DNA of 64,000 nucleotides from a virus: IMG/VR virus record IMGVR_UViG_3300017987_000005, positions 119,649 to 183,648 of that record; one strand, 5' to 3'. Shown piece by piece: positions 63,368 to 64,000 of this stretch (position 1 is its first letter; each line of letters starts with the position of its first letter). The notes under the pieces were generated by a model. It saw only the letters and a program-made list of their open reading frames with translations, ran no database searches and was not told where the DNA came from. The position numbers and the translations under genes were made by a program.

Positions 63368-63441
63368 TGGAGCGGGTACCGAGAATCGAACTCGGATTTC
63401 CTCCTCGGCAGGGAGGTACATTACCATTATGTTACACCCGC
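63368..63441 (-). tRNA. tRNA-Gly(GCC)
   Basis: CCTCC-CTGCCGA-GGAGG, TCCA. Confidence 0.9.
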
Positions 63442-63444
63442 TTA

Positions 63445-63521
63445 TGGTGGAGGCGACAGGATTCGAACCTGCGACAGTCTGCTTGCAAGGCAGATGCTCT
63501 CCCGGACTGAGCTACGCCCCC
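63445..63521 (-). tRNA. tRNA-Ala(TGC)
   Basis: G3.U70, TCTGC-CTTGCAA-GCAGA. Confidence 0.93.
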
Positions 63522-63569
63522 AGTTTATAGGCATCCATATTTACATTGTCAAAGAGCTATAAAATATAT

Positions 63570-63646
63570 TGGTAGCTGAGGGGGGACTCGAACCCCCGGT
63601 CTCTGCCTTATGAGAGCAGCGCTTTAGCCAGCTAAGCTACTCAGCC
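63570..63646 (-). tRNA. tRNA-Met(CAT), elongator-like
   Basis: GGCTGAG acceptor, CT-CAT-AA, CCA. Confidence 0.85.
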
Positions 63647-63655
63647 ATTTATTCC

Positions 63656-63741
63656 TGGTGCTTCCGGGGAGATTCGAACTCCCACCCCATCGCTGAGACA
63701 TGGACCTGAACCATGCGTGTCTGCCGTTCCACCACGGAAGC
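63656..63741 (-). tRNA. tRNA-Leu(CAG)
   Basis: TT-CAG-GT loop, long variable arm. Confidence 0.92.
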
Positions 63742-63742
63742 A

Positions 63743-63818
63743 TGGTACGCGGGAAGAGATTTGAACTCTTACTGTACAGGTTCTAAGCCTGGCGCCTCTG
63801 CCGTTGGGCTACCCGCGC
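63743..63818 (-). tRNA. tRNA-Leu(TAG) with short variable loop
   Basis: CT-TAG-AA loop, 76 nt. Confidence 0.85.
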
Positions 63819-63821
63819 ATA

Positions 63822-63910
63822 TGGTGTCCTTGGAGGGATTCGAACCCTCACCACGCGATTATGCGGACTAGGCCCTCAACCTAGCGTGTCTGCCATTCCA
63901 CCACAAGGAC
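63822..63910 (-). tRNA. tRNA-Leu(GAG)
   Basis: TT-GAG-GG loop, long variable arm. Confidence 0.92.
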
Positions 63911-63938
63911 AAATCTCTATATTTCAAAGAGCGATATT

Positions 63939-64000
63939 TGGTCGGGGTGAGAAGATTCGAACTTCCGACCTCAGCGTCCCGAACGCTGCGCGCTAGCCAA
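63939..64000 (-). tRNA. tRNA-Pro(CGG), truncated by the window edge
   Basis: CAGCG-TTCGGGA-CGCTG, CCA. Confidence 0.9.

Overview
A 64 kb segment of a large contractile-tailed (myovirus-like) bacteriophage genome, almost entirely transcribed from the minus strand in the standard genetic code. 1-23 kb is the virion module: baseplate, tape measure, tail chaperone with a -1 frameshift, tube, sheath, neck, capsid, protease-scaffold, portal, intein-containing TerL and TerS. 23-58 kb is accessory: ParB-N beside a perfect parS palindrome, an NAD salvage set (PncA, PncB, NadE, plus NADAR), a GT-B glycosyltransferase, a Pol-beta nucleotidyltransferase, HNH/GIY-YIG nucleases, a tmRNA, an HD hydrolase, a radical SAM protein and many small hypothetical genes. 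58.5-64 kb is an array of about 27 tRNAs. The most unusual signals are: a ~194-nt RNase P RNA lacking most of its specificity domain; two tRNA-shaped RNAs with no usable anticodon (one tmRNA-like, one with a predicted kissing loop); several unassigned CCA-ended structured RNAs separated by rrn-type boxA motifs; a W-F-[D/N]-[N/D] peptide motif shared by seven unrelated small proteins; and homing endonuclease genes that appear to have inserted into tRNA genes. All calls come from reading motifs and pairing by eye; no searches or folding programs were run.
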